A DNA stretch of 63,006 nucleotides, the filler included. It is 4 parts of 4 records of this genome, joined end to end, with 100 filler letters (N's around TTAATTAATTAA, not from the genome) between each part and the next. Parts side by side here need not be neighbours in the genome. Positions count along the whole stretch, not along the records: positions 47,583 to 53,548 come from SRR20825019_254; positions 53,649 to 63,006 come from SRR20825019_256; 2 more parts are not named here. One strand, given 5' to 3'. A program made the position numbers and the translations under genes. Positions 50,358-60,014 of this stretch are shown piece by piece. Every line of letters starts with the position of its first letter. Within the stretch, counting starts at the first letter, position 1. The notes under the pieces were generated by a model, which saw only the letters and a list, made by a program, of their open reading frames with translations, was not told the origin of the DNA and made no database searches.

Positions 50358-50984
50358 ATGCTTTTGACCTATGCGACCGGATTTGGCCTTGGCAGCGGAT
50401 TAATCATCGCCATTGGTGCGCAAAATGCCTTTGTCCTTGGACAGGGATTGCGGCGCAATCATCCGATGATGGTCGCGTTTGTTTGCGCATTCTGTGATGC
50501 GATTTTGATTGCTGCTGGCGTTGCCGGACTTGGGACATTGATTGCCGCCTACCCGATTTTGACAAAGATCGCGGCATGGGGTGGCGGCGCATTTCTGATC
50601 TGGTACGGGTTTGGTGCGCTCAAACGGTTATTCGAAACCGAAACACTGTCCGACGAGGCCATAAGCAAAACCGGATGGCAGGCTGTTCTTTCGACCACCT
50701 TGGCGGTCACACTGCTCAACCCGCATGTATATCTTGATACGGTCGTGATGCTGGGCGGCATTGGCGGGCAATTTCCAACGGACCAGCGGCTTTTCTTTGC
50801 ACTTGGCGCAATGAGTGCGAGTTTCGTCTGGTTCTTTGCCATCGCCTTGGGGGCGTCATGGCTTGCGCCTTATGTCGCGCGTCCGATCACGTGGAAAATC
50901 ATTGATGGACTGACCTGTGCTGTCATGTGGCTGGTGGCTTATAGCATGCTGGCACCGGAAATCTCAGAAATGATGGCGGGCTGA
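50358..50984 (+). CDS. argO: LysE/ArgO amino acid exporter
   Basis: LIIAIGAQNAFVL and TLLNPHVYLDTV. Confidence 0.92.
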   Translation: MLLTYATGFGLGSGLIIAIGAQNAFVLGQGLRRNHPMMVAFVCAFCDAILIAAGVAGLGTLIAAYPILTKIAAWGGGAFLIWYGFGALKRLFETETLSDEAISKTGWQAVLSTTLAVTLLNPHVYLDTVVMLGGIGGQFPTDQRLFFALGAMSASFVWFFAIALGASWLAPYVARPITWKIIDGLTCAVMWLVAYSMLAPEISEMMAG

Positions 50985-51046
50985 ACCGCCAAATCAATTC
51001 CTCATACAATTGAAATGACGGGCGCTATCAACGCAATAATAGGCGG

Positions 51047-51625
51047 TTATTTACCCATCGCATCCTTGAAATGGCGCCGACATACCGGGACATAGCGATC
51101 ATTGCCGCCGATTTCGACCTGTGCGCCCTCTAGGACCGGGGTACCATTTTCATCGACGCGTAAAACCATCCCGGCCTTACGCCCGCAATGGCAAATGGTC
51201 TTGAGCTCATTCAGCTTATCCGCCCACGCCAAAAGCCATTTCGATCCTTCGAACAGTTGTCCCTGGAAATCAGTGCGAATGCCATAGCACAACACGGGAA
51301 CATTATGCTTGTCTGCAACATCGGAAAGCTGCCAGACCTGATCTTTGGTCAGGAACTGTGCCTCGTCGATCAACACGCAATCGACCTTGCCTTTGGTCAT
51401 CTGATCCAGAATCAAGGCACACATATCGGTTTTGGCATCGAACAAAAGTGCCGGGGCCTCCAAGCCAATGCGCGATGCGATTTTACCTTCGCCAAAACGG
51501 TTATCAAACGCCACCGTCAACAGCAGCGTTTTCATGCCGCGTTCGTGGTAATTGAAACTCGCCTGAAGCAGCGTGGTCGATTTCCCCGCATTCATCGACG
51601 AGTAGTAAAAAAACAGATTGGCCAT
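51047..51625 (-). CDS. tdk: Thymidine kinase
   Basis: [27 protein letters not shown] and YVPVCRRH. Confidence 0.96.
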   Translation of the reverse strand: MANLFFYYSSMNAGKSTTLLQASFNYHERGMKTLLLTVAFDNRFGEGKIASRIGLEAPALLFDAKTDMCALILDQMTKGKVDCVLIDEAQFLTKDQVWQLSDVADKHNVPVLCYGIRTDFQGQLFEGSKWLLAWADKLNELKTICHCGRKAGMVLRVDENGTPVLEGAQVEIGGNDRYVPVCRRHFKDAMGK

Positions 51626-51665
51626 AGGTCCCCCGTTAAGTCGTTCAAGGGAAATAGCCGATCAA

Positions 51666-52607
51666 TCAGAATTGATCAATATGGCTCTCGCCTCCAACCG
51701 CATCATTCCGCGAAATATCGACATCACGCAATGCACGGCGCATGAATTCCAAAAGTGACTGCACCTTTGCGCTGCGCGTAACACCCGACGGATAAACGGC
51801 ATATACTTCAAGATCTTGCAAAGCACATTCAGGCAGAACCCTGATCAAATCTCCATTCCTGATTTCCTGTTCGATATCGCACAGTGGCACAATAGCCAAT
51901 CCATGCCCGCCTCGCACAAACTGCAAGCGCGCCGTTGCATTATCGACCCGTACATTGCCCGAGACACGCACCCGTTTCTCAACACCATCACAGCTAAGCG
52001 AAAGGGTTTCAGGAACGCGGCTATACATCACCCATTCATGCTCCGCCAACGCATCTGGTGTTTCAGGCAGGCCAGCCCGATCAATATAGGATTTGCTCGC
52101 CGTAATAATCCGCTGCGTTTGATAGAGTTTGAAACTTTTAAGATCGGAACTTTTAAGCGGCCCGGAACGAATTCCGATATCAATCCCCTGCCCGATCAGA
52201 TCGACGACCTCGTCGGTTAAATGGACATCAATGGCAACCCCGGGATAGGCCCGCCGGAATTGATCAAGGATCGGCACAATGCGCATTGTGCCAAGATGCA
52301 CCGAGGATGTGATCGAAATTTTACCGACCGGTTCATCACGCAATTCTTCCACCCGCTTACGCGCAGCTTCGGCTTCCAACGTTATGGTTCGGCAACTGTC
52401 GTAATATCGCGTTCCTGCATCGGTCAGACTGAAATTGCGTGTACTTCGACGCAGAAGCGGCACACCAAGTTTGCCTTCAAGCTGCCGGATCTGATGGGAA
52501 ATCGCTGCGCGACTTAACCCCATCTTGCGCGCAGCAGCAGAAAAGCCACCTTCTTCAACCACACGGGCAAAAATCATCATGGCCCGGACTTCGTCTAATG
52601 CCGACAT
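51666..52607 (-). CDS. LysR family transcriptional regulator (CrgA/DmlR-like)
   Basis: FARVVEEGGFSAAAR HTH, LLRRSTR and VDLIGQGIDIGIR. Confidence 0.92.
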   Translation of the reverse strand: MSALDEVRAMMIFARVVEEGGFSAAARKMGLSRAAISHQIRQLEGKLGVPLLRRSTRNFSLTDAGTRYYDSCRTITLEAEAARKRVEELRDEPVGKISITSSVHLGTMRIVPILDQFRRAYPGVAIDVHLTDEVVDLIGQGIDIGIRSGPLKSSDLKSFKLYQTQRIITASKSYIDRAGLPETPDALAEHEWVMYSRVPETLSLSCDGVEKRVRVSGNVRVDNATARLQFVRGGHGLAIVPLCDIEQEIRNGDLIRVLPECALQDLEVYAVYPSGVTRSAKVQSLLEFMRRALRDVDISRNDAVGGESHIDQF

Positions 52608-52712
52608 TTACATGCTCATTTAATTTGACAATCTGTTCATATCTTCGATCTATCGCAAATTTTGTCAGCCAGTTATCGTCATGGCAAATGAATTCGACGC
52701 AAGGAGGATCCA

Positions 52713-53393
52713 ATGCGTATTCTGATGATTGTCACATCCCACGACCAAATGGGCGACACCGGCCACAAGACCGGTATCTGGCTTGAAGAATTTGCTGCCC
52801 CCTATTACCGCTTCCTGGATGCCGGAGCCGAAATTACGCTGGCATCCCCAAAAGGCGGTCAACCACCACTTGATCCCAACAGTCAGGTGTCTGATGCCCT
52901 GACCGATGCGACCAAGCGGTTTGAGAACGATGACGCGGCAAAAACCGTCTTTGCCAATACCGTCAAGCTGGACGGATTAAACGCCGATGATTATGACGCG
53001 CTGTTTTATCCCGGTGGTCATGGTCCACTTTGGGATTTGGCAACCGATGCCAAGTCAATCGCATTGGTCGAGGCTTTTGTCGCTCAGAACAAACCGGTCG
53101 CCGCAGTCTGTCACGGCCCTGCTGCACTGGTAAATGCCAAGGGTTCGGATGGCAAACCGCTGGTGGCTGGCAAGAAAGTCACCGGTTTCACCAATGACGA
53201 AGAAAAGGCAGTTGGCCTTGAAAAGGTTGTGCCCCTTTCGATTGAAGACGAATTCAAAAAACAGGGCGGCCTTTATGAGCGCGGCGATATGTGGGCATCC
53301 TATGCCGTTGTCGATGGCAAACTGGTGACCGGTCAAAACCCGGCATCAAGCGATGCCACAGCCGATGAAGTTATGAAGCTTTTGCAAGCGTGA
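52713..53393 (+). CDS. DJ-1/PfpI (Hsp31-like) type 1 glutamine amidotransferase domain protein
   Basis: TGIWLEEFAAPY, YPGGHGPLWDL, AVCHGP and VTGQNPAS; GGAGG RBS. Confidence 0.92.
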   Translation: MRILMIVTSHDQMGDTGHKTGIWLEEFAAPYYRFLDAGAEITLASPKGGQPPLDPNSQVSDALTDATKRFENDDAAKTVFANTVKLDGLNADDYDALFYPGGHGPLWDLATDAKSIALVEAFVAQNKPVAAVCHGPAALVNAKGSDGKPLVAGKKVTGFTNDEEKAVGLEKVVPLSIEDEFKKQGGLYERGDMWASYAVVDGKLVTGQNPASSDATADEVMKLLQA

Positions 53394-53416
53394 TAAATCT
53401 GACTCTTTGATTGAAC

Positions 53417-53454
53417 AAAAAAAGCCGCCCGTCTCCTTAGAAACGGGCGGATTT
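53417..53454. terminator. Intrinsic terminator
   Basis: A7-G-CCGCCCGT...ACGGGCGG-ATTT after the DJ-1 stop; the U tract is stronger on the minus strand. Confidence 0.7.
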
Positions 53455-53548
53455 CTATTAGTCTGATGATTAAAATCAGCCAAGTATTTTGTCGCGAAGC
53501 ATCTTGTTGACCATCCCAGGGTTGGCTTTGCCACCCGTGGATTTCATG

Positions 53549-53648
53549 NNNNNNNNNNNNNNNNNNNNNNNNNNNNNNNNNNNNNNNNNNNNTTAATTAA
53601 TTAANNNNNNNNNNNNNNNNNNNNNNNNNNNNNNNNNNNNNNNNNNNN
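53549..53648. other. Artificial contig spacer
   Basis: 44 N + TTAATTAATTAA + 44 N. Confidence 0.98.
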
Positions 53649-53855
53649 GTGGGCGAAACCGGCCAGAATGGCGAGCGTGGTCTGCTTGTCGAACAGGTAT
53701 GTCGGGTCCAGCGTCGGAACGTAGTCGCTCGCCTCGCTGAAGGCCGGCACCTTCATATCGACATCGATGCCAAAGGTCTCGCGAACCGAGACCTCAATGT
53801 CCGGCGCTTCGATATTGTGCGCAGGCTTGCGCTCGTAAACATGTGCTGACGACAT
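53649..53855 (-). CDS. cobS: Cobaltochelatase subunit CobS (AAA+), 5' part
   Basis: PD..VSVRETFGID..MKVPAF...VP..DP.YLFD..TTLAILAGFAH matches the CobS N-terminus; truncated at the spacer. Confidence 0.88.
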
Positions 53856-53923
53856 GACCCTATTCCCAAATGATGTGGGTGACTATCCGGTATGAGAGCA
53901 TCCGTAGCAGGGCTCCCGTGCCT

Positions 53924-54502
53924 TCAAGTTAGAAACTTTTTCAAAGTCGTATAGGCCTCGTTGATGATTTTCAACCGTTCTTCGGCCTGTTTGTCCCCGC
54001 CATTCGCGTCCGGGTGATGTTTTTTCACAAGCTGCTTGTAGCGCGCTTTCAGCTCCACCTCCGTCACCGGCGGAGCCAACCCCATGATCGCGAATGCTTT
54101 TCCCTCTGCCGTCTCGCTCCCGGGGCGGGGTGGAGCGCTTCCCGATGCCGCCTCCATATCCTCGTCACCATTGAGCGCACCGAACGGGTCTCTGTATTCG
54201 CCGGCAACAAACTTGCGATAGGCGGCGGCAGTCCCCAGCGGCCAGGTCGGCCGGTCCCAGGTCACCGAGCGCCGGATTTCCCGCTCAAGCTCCTCGGCGG
54301 AGGCGCCTTCGTAATAGTTCCACTGCTTGTTGTATTGCCGGACATGGTCGAGGCAGAACCAGTAATAGTCGGACAGATCGCCACGCCCTTTCGGAGCCCG
54401 GTGCTCGCCCACGGATGCGCAGCCGGGCGCATCGCAGCGGCGGAAACCCGCTTCGCTGCTGAACGTGTCGATCTTCAGGGATTCGCTCTGCGCCTTCCGC
54501 AT
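53924..54502 (-). CDS. C-terminal J-domain protein with Cys/His-rich N-domain
   Basis: KKHHPDANGG (HPD), CDAPGC...WFCLDHV and WDRPTW. Start at MRKAQS (alternative 54571). Confidence 0.88.
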   Translation of the reverse strand: MRKAQSESLKIDTFSSEAGFRRCDAPGCASVGEHRAPKGRGDLSDYYWFCLDHVRQYNKQWNYYEGASAEELEREIRRSVTWDRPTWPLGTAAAYRKFVAGEYRDPFGALNGDEDMEAASGSAPPRPGSETAEGKAFAIMGLAPPVTEVELKARYKQLVKKHHPDANGGDKQAEERLKIINEAYTTLKKFLT

Positions 54503-54619
54503 ACCGTGAGTTCCAAATTGTCGCTGGTCCAGCCCGTGCCGAACGTCGAATATAGGGTTCTCGCCCGCCATATAAACCGAATCGCCCCTCCAGGCGGGGC
54601 TTTAACGGAGAATAAGTTA

Positions 54620-54886
54620 ATGTCCGTGACAGAGACGATCAAAGCCAAATTAACATCCGCGTTCACTCCGGAGCACCTGGCTGTCATCGATGACTCGCAG
54701 AAACACCAGGGTCACGGCGGCTGGCGGGAAGGCGGGGAGACCCATTTCAACGTCGAGATCACGTCCGGCGTCTTCACCGGGAAGTCGCGCGTCGACCGGC
54801 AACGCATGGTGCATGACGTGCTCGCCGCCGAGCTGGCGGACCGCGTACACGCCTTGTCGATCCGGGCAAAGGCGCCTTCGGAATAA
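54620..54886 (+). CDS. bolA: BolA family protein
   Basis: GGAG RBS, D.S.KH.GH, ETHFNV.I.S..F.GKSRV.RQRMV and VHALSI. This is the 3' part of track ORF 54014..54886. Confidence 0.92.
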   Translation: MSVTETIKAKLTSAFTPEHLAVIDDSQKHQGHGGWREGGETHFNVEITSGVFTGKSRVDRQRMVHDVLAAELADRVHALSIRAKAPSE

Positions 54887-55000
54887 GCTCTTCGGTCAGC
54901 GCAATGCAATCAACGGATGATTTATCGATAGTTGATCGTTTTTTAGTTGCGCCCAATTTGCATACGCTGATACACCAAGTTTCAGCTGCCAGAATCCGGC

Positions 55001-55360
55001 ATGGACAGAACGTTTGCGGATAGCACGGTGTCAACTCTCATAAGTAAAAACGTATTGATCGATGGTCATCGCACCAGCATGCGGCTGGAGCCGGCCATGT
55101 GGGATGCGCTCTCGCAGATCGCCGCACGGGAAAAACTTACCGTGCACAATATCTGCAGCATCGTGAACCGGCATCGGGTGAATACATCCCTCACCTCCGC
55201 CACCCGGGTCTTTATTCTCGGCTATTTCCGGATCCTTGCCGAAAACCTGGAACACGATATCCCGCTGGGGTCGCAACGTTCGGTCATGAACAAGGTCTTC
55301 CGCCAGACGGACGAGTTCCGCAACACAGCCCAGAGCAGCCGTTACGCCGGATCCCTGTAG
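55001..55360 (+). CDS. Ribbon-helix-helix domain protein (RHH_4-like)
   Basis: KNVLIDGHRTSMRLEPAMWDAL..IA and SLTSATRVFIL.YF. Confidence 0.85.
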   Translation: MDRTFADSTVSTLISKNVLIDGHRTSMRLEPAMWDALSQIAAREKLTVHNICSIVNRHRVNTSLTSATRVFILGYFRILAENLEHDIPLGSQRSVMNKVFRQTDEFRNTAQSSRYAGSL

Positions 55361-55941
55361 AATTCGGGCCACATATCCTTGACCACAGGACTGCTCTCGC
55401 CAAAAGCATGGCAGGAGTTCAGCAACGGCGGCGGGCCATTCCTTTTCGGTTCTTCCTCTCCGCTCTCCCGCCTCTTCCGGGCATTTTCACCGTAAAGAGT
55501 CTGATACGCCGTGGTTGCCATCGGCCACAGCAGCTCGACCAGATGCGTGCAGCCTTCGGCACCACCGAGCGCGGACAACACTTTCCTGCGCCAGCCCGGA
55601 CCGATTCTGATCCCTTTGAGGCGCTGGAAATTGACCGTGATATTGGGGCAAATCTCAAATGGCCCCGCATCAGTGACCGTCTCGACCTCGAGAATGTTAA
55701 GATCGTCGTCAACGGTCAGCCGGATCCACATGTCGTGAATAGGCTCTCCGGCCGGAATGCCGTCCCTGAAACTGTTCGGCACCTCGTAGGTCTTCACGTC
55801 CGTGATATGGCCCTCGATATCGAGATGACCGTCCTCACGGCGAAAGCCCTCGCAGGTGACGCGGCGCGTATGGACTTTGCGGCGCGGCGCCGGGCTGGGC
55901 AGGGGCATTGATCTCTCCGGAATGATATTGCTTTGCGGCAA
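55342..55941 (-). CDS. DUF2889 family protein
   Basis: HTRRV.CEGFRREDG..DIEG...D.K, HDM..RLT, GCTHLVELL and NSCHAF. Confidence 0.85.
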   Translation of the reverse strand: MPQSNIIPERSMPLPSPAPRRKVHTRRVTCEGFRREDGHLDIEGHITDVKTYEVPNSFRDGIPAGEPIHDMWIRLTVDDDLNILEVETVTDAGPFEICPNITVNFQRLKGIRIGPGWRRKVLSALGGAEGCTHLVELLWPMATTAYQTLYGENARKRRESGEEEPKRNGPPPLLNSCHAFGESSPVVKDMWPEFYRDPA

Positions 55942-56031
55942 AAATCATTCCGGATCGTGCCGAAGTCAATTCCCGACGCCATCCCGGATCAGAGATGCCC
56001 GCCCCCATGCCAGGGAAATCGGGACTTCGGG

Positions 56032-56481
56032 TCAGGGCAGCCCGGCCATTCCCGATCCTGAAATGAAGGCCTCGCGCTCCAGAACCGCCTCTTCCAGATC
56101 TTCCCGGACAGCGGCGTAGATATCCCGGATCGAGACCATGCCGATGATTTTGCCGGCTTCCTCGACAGGCAAATGGCGGAAGCCGCCTTCCTGCATGCGC
56201 TGAAGCGCCTCCATCACGGAGGCCTTGGGACCGACCGTTTCGGGTTTGGGTGTCATGATCTCCCCGATCAGGGTCGCCCCCGGAGACTTTTCCTCAGCCA
56301 CCAGACGGCCCGCGATATCCCGCTCCGAAAGAATTCCGACCAGCTCCTCTCCCTCAAGGATGAGAAGTGCTCCGATCTTGCGGCTTGTCATCAGCTTGGC
56401 GGCCGCGAGAACCGTATCTTTGGGGGATAGCGACGAGAGGTCCTGTTTACTCACCACATCCGGCACGATGTGTCTGGCCAT
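56032..56481 (-). CDS. CBS domain pair protein
   Basis: LVGILSERDI, IMTPKP and FRHLPV...GMVSIRD. Confidence 0.9.
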   Translation of the reverse strand: MARHIVPDVVSKQDLSSLSPKDTVLAAAKLMTSRKIGALLILEGEELVGILSERDIAGRLVAEEKSPGATLIGEIMTPKPETVGPKASVMEALQRMQEGGFRHLPVEEAGKIIGMVSIRDIYAAVREDLEEAVLEREAFISGSGMAGLP

Positions 56482-56529
56482 GGCATTCTCCCTGATAGGT
56501 TTTTATTTATCTGGAAAGATTATACCAAA

Positions 56530-57888
56530 TCACGAGGCATCTGGGAGCCGGGTCGTTTCAAGAGTTTCATTTTCGCCTTCCGCCGGCGTTTCCCGGGAGA
56601 CCCGCAACAAGGTGATCTGATTGCGGTGGCGACGAAGAATCTTAAACCGGAAACCGTGGAAAACGAACTCCTGCGCCACATTCGGGATGGTTCTGGCCTC
56701 ATGCAGGATCAGCCCGGCAATGGTCGATGCCTCGCCATCGGGCAGGTTCCAGTCGAACTCCCGATTGAGGTCCCGGAGCGTTACCGTGCCGTCAATGACG
56801 TAGGATCCGTCCGCCTGGGGCCGGACACCGGCGACCGCGACATCATGCTCGTCGCTGATCTCGCCGACGATCTCCTCGATGATGTCTTCCAGGGTAACGA
56901 TGCCCTGGAAGGCGCCGTATTCATCGACCACGAGCGCAAAATGCTCACGTCTGGCGCGGAAGGCCTGCAACTGATCGAGCAGCGTCGTGGATGTCGGAAT
57001 GAACCAGGGGTCCGACGCGATCTCGCACATATCGAGCTTCTCCAGCTCCTCCCCATCCAGCCCCTTAACGGCCCGCAGAACCGCCTTTGCATGGATGACG
57101 CCGATGATCTCCTCATGGTCCCCCTTGAACAGCGGGAGCCGCGTGTACGGGCTTTTCATGATCTGCGAGATGATGTCCTCGACAGTATCGTCCGCATCCA
57201 GCATTTCGACCCGGCGCCGGTGAGTCATGATCTCCTCGACCCAGACTTCGCTGAGATCGAGGATCGAGCGCAACATGGCCCGCTCCTCGCGGACCTCCTC
57301 CTCGTCCACCTCGACCTTGTGGCCATGCAGCTCGATCAGGCCGCGCAATTCCTCTTCCTGCTCCGAATGTCCCAGCTCTTCCGAAATCCGGATACCGAAC
57401 ATCGACAGGATGAGCCGGACAATCCCCCGCACAGTCCGGGCAATCGGACCGAGTATGAAAACGATGGCGCTGATCAGCGGCGCGACGGCGAGCGCCACAC
57501 GGTCGGAATTGTTCAGCGCATAGGTCTTTGGCAGAACTTCGGCGAAAATCACGACCACGACGGTCATGACCAGCGTCGCATAGGCCACACCACGCTCTCC
57601 GAAAAACTCCAGAAAGACCGTCGTCGCCAGGACCGAGCCCAGAATGTTCGTGATATTGTTTCCGATCAGGATCGTCCCGATCATGGTTTCGCTATGCTCA
57701 CGCAAACCGAGAACACGGGAAGCACGCTGGTCGCCCTTGCGATCCAGCTGATGCATTCGGGCATGAGAAGATCCGGTCAGGGCAGTTTCCGACCCGGAGA
57801 AAAAAGCCGAGAACACGATCAGCAGCAGAATGCCCCCGATCGTCAGCCATAGTTCGACGTCCATTAAATCCACTAACTCCTCGTCCAT
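56530..57888 (-). CDS. HlyC/CorC (CNNM) family transporter
   Basis: SAFFSGSETA, FAEVLPK, CBS pair VVDEYG..QGIVTLEDIIEEIVGEI and a CorC domain. Confidence 0.92.
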   Translation of the reverse strand: MDEELVDLMDVELWLTIGGILLLIVFSAFFSGSETALTGSSHARMHQLDRKGDQRASRVLGLREHSETMIGTILIGNNITNILGSVLATTVFLEFFGERGVAYATLVMTVVVVIFAEVLPKTYALNNSDRVALAVAPLISAIVFILGPIARTVRGIVRLILSMFGIRISEELGHSEQEEELRGLIELHGHKVEVDEEEVREERAMLRSILDLSEVWVEEIMTHRRRVEMLDADDTVEDIISQIMKSPYTRLPLFKGDHEEIIGVIHAKAVLRAVKGLDGEELEKLDMCEIASDPWFIPTSTTLLDQLQAFRARREHFALVVDEYGAFQGIVTLEDIIEEIVGEISDEHDVAVAGVRPQADGSYVIDGTVTLRDLNREFDWNLPDGEASTIAGLILHEARTIPNVAQEFVFHGFRFKILRRHRNQITLLRVSRETPAEGENETLETTRLPDAS

Positions 57889-59018
57889 CAGACGTCCGCC
57901 GCGATCAAAAGATCTTCCTCAAGCATGGTGCGCACGGCATCCGGCGCAACATCATCAATGGTAAATGCCTCACCGATCCCCCGCGCCAGCACGAACCGGA
58001 TATTCCCGTCGCGCGCTTTCTTGTCGCGCCGCATGGAAGTCAGCAGCGCGTCCGCACTCCAGCCCGCCGCACCGGAGATATCCGCCACCCGCGCCTTGAG
58101 CCCCATCGCCATGAGATGCGCCCGTGCCCGCTCCGCGTCCTGGCCCGGGCAAAGCCCGAGACGGCGCGAAAGCTCCAGCGCCTGAACCATGCCCACCGAG
58201 ACAGCCTCGCCATGCAGCAGCGTGCCGTCGAACCCGGCCGCCGCCTCAAGCGCATGTCCGAAGGTGTGGCCGAAATTCAGCAATTCGCGCAGCCCCGCTT
58301 CCCGCTCGTCCGCGGCCACCACGGTGGCCTTTGCCTTGCAGCTTTCGACAACGGCGGAAATCCGCGCAGCCTCGTCGCCCGCGATCAGATCCGCACCATG
58401 CTGTTCCAGCCATTCGAAAAAGGCGGGGTCCCGGATCAGGCCGTATTTGACGACCTCCGCATAGCCGGCGAGCATTTCCCGCTTCGGCAGGGAAGCCAGG
58501 GTCCCGGTATCGGCCAGCACCAGCTTCGGCTGATGGAACGCGCCGACCAGATTCTTGCCCTGCGGCGTGTTGATACCGGTCTTGCCGCCAACCGAGCTGT
58601 CGACCTGGGCCAGCAGCGTCGTCGGGATCTGGATGAAATCGAGGCCACGCATGACGGATGCCGCGCAATATCCGGCAAGGTCACCGACCACACCGCCCCC
58701 GAGCGCAACCACAGCCGTCCGGCGGTCGACGCCATCTTCCAGCATGCGGCCACAGACATATTCGAAATCGGCGTAACTCTTGGAGGATTCCCCCGGCGGA
58801 ACGGCGATGGTGGTCACCTCTATCCCCGCCGCATCCAGCGATTCCGTCAGCGGATCGAGCCAGTAGCCGGAAACCGTTGAATCGGTGACAACAAAGACCT
58901 TGTTTCCCCGGATCAAAGGCTTGATCTCACCGCCCGCATTCTCGATCAGTCCGGGACCGACGCGGATATCGTAGCTGCGCTCACCAAGGCCCACGGAAAC
59001 CGTCTGGATCGTCGTCAT
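57888..59018 (-). CDS. aroB: 3-dehydroquinate synthase
   Basis: GGGVVGDL, PTTLLAQVDSSVGGKT, KNLVGAFHQP, LNFGHTFGHA and HGEAV. Confidence 0.97.
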   Translation of the reverse strand: MTTIQTVSVGLGERSYDIRVGPGLIENAGGEIKPLIRGNKVFVVTDSTVSGYWLDPLTESLDAAGIEVTTIAVPPGESSKSYADFEYVCGRMLEDGVDRRTAVVALGGGVVGDLAGYCAASVMRGLDFIQIPTTLLAQVDSSVGGKTGINTPQGKNLVGAFHQPKLVLADTGTLASLPKREMLAGYAEVVKYGLIRDPAFFEWLEQHGADLIAGDEAARISAVVESCKAKATVVAADEREAGLRELLNFGHTFGHALEAAAGFDGTLLHGEAVSVGMVQALELSRRLGLCPGQDAERARAHLMAMGLKARVADISGAAGWSADALLTSMRRDKKARDGNIRFVLARGIGEAFTIDDVAPDAVRTMLEEDLLIAADV

Positions 59019-59058
59019 ACTCTTTCCTGTTTCAAGATATTAGGCTCCGTCAGGCGGC

Positions 59059-59640
59059 TTATTCAGCCGGCACGGCTTTGCGCGCATCCCCGAAGTAATT
59101 CATGAGGACGTCGTAAGCCTGATCGACCGTTGCCTCGAGCGGTCCCCGGCGCGATTCGATCCAGAGATCGGCCATCTCATAGACGGGATACCGCTCATGC
59201 ATCAGTTTTTCGAGCACCGCTTTCGGATCTTTCTGGGCCAGCAGAGGACGGCCCTGGCGCCGGCTGACGCGCTCGAACAGCACGTCGATATCAGCCTTCA
59301 GCCACAGCGACACGGCATTCCCGGCAATCGCCGCGCGGGTCTCTTCCGCCATGAAGGCGCCGCCGCCGGTTGCCAGCACGACGGGCGGACCGCTCAGGAT
59401 GCGCTGGATCACCCGCTGCTCGCCCCGGCGGAACTCCTCCTCGCCGAAACGCTCGAAAAATTCGCTGATCGTGCAGCCGGCCGCATCCTCGATTTCCCGG
59501 TCCGCATCGATGAAATGCATATCCAGCCGTTGCGCCAGACGGCGCCCGACGCTGCTCTTGCCGGCCCCCATGAGGCCAACGAGAACGATACTTTTCGGGT
59601 GGGGTTGCGGCGCGTGCGCCGGATCAGAGTGATTCACCAT
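59059..59640 (-). CDS. aroK: Shikimate kinase
   Basis: GLMGAGKSSVG, DAD.EIE, GE..FR, ATGGG and RPLL. Confidence 0.96.
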   Translation of the reverse strand: MVNHSDPAHAPQPHPKSIVLVGLMGAGKSSVGRRLAQRLDMHFIDADREIEDAAGCTISEFFERFGEEEFRRGEQRVIQRILSGPPVVLATGGGAFMAEETRAAIAGNAVSLWLKADIDVLFERVSRRQGRPLLAQKDPKAVLEKLMHERYPVYEMADLWIESRRGPLEATVDQAYDVLMNYFGDARKAVPAE

Positions 59641-59876
59641 GGGAAACAGGTTCTGGCTCCGGACAAGACGCGAATAGCGTTTCCAGTCAAATCCGGCACC
59701 TCTCCTTTCCTCTCCCTCGTTGAACTCACTGGATGCGGCCGGTATGCTGCCGCAAACGCGTCATATTCAGTCGCTAGCATAACTTTCCCAATATGGCGTT
59801 GCAAACGCCTTGGGGACGTTGCGTGCGGGTCGACCGGACCAGTGTCGCGTGAAACCGTAATTCATGGGTCCGCAGC

Positions 59877-60014
59877 ATGAAATTGACGCTCTGGGTCGTT
59901 ATCGTCATAGCACTGTTCTTTGGCGGCGGCTTTGCATTCCTGTCCACATGGGACATCCCGGCACCGACCAGCCAGATAGAACAGGTCCTCCCCAATGATC
60001 AATTCCCCCGCTAA
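59877..60014 (+). CDS. Small single-TM protein (45 aa), absent from the ORF track
   Basis: Hand translation MKLTLWVVIVIALFFGGGFAFLSTWDIPAPTSQIEQVLPNDQFPR; overlaps the next start by 20 bp. Confidence 0.7.
   Translation: MKLTLWVVIVIALFFGGGFAFLSTWDIPAPTSQIEQVLPNDQFPR

Noticed and set aside
52608..52712. LysR box in the LysR/DJ-1 divergent gap
   Set aside because: AT-rich with only weak dyad symmetry; I could not fix a specific site.
54014..54886. 290-aa N-terminally extended BolA fusion
   Set aside because: The extension is antisense to the J-domain gene; an RBS and ATG at 54620 give a normal 88-aa BolA.
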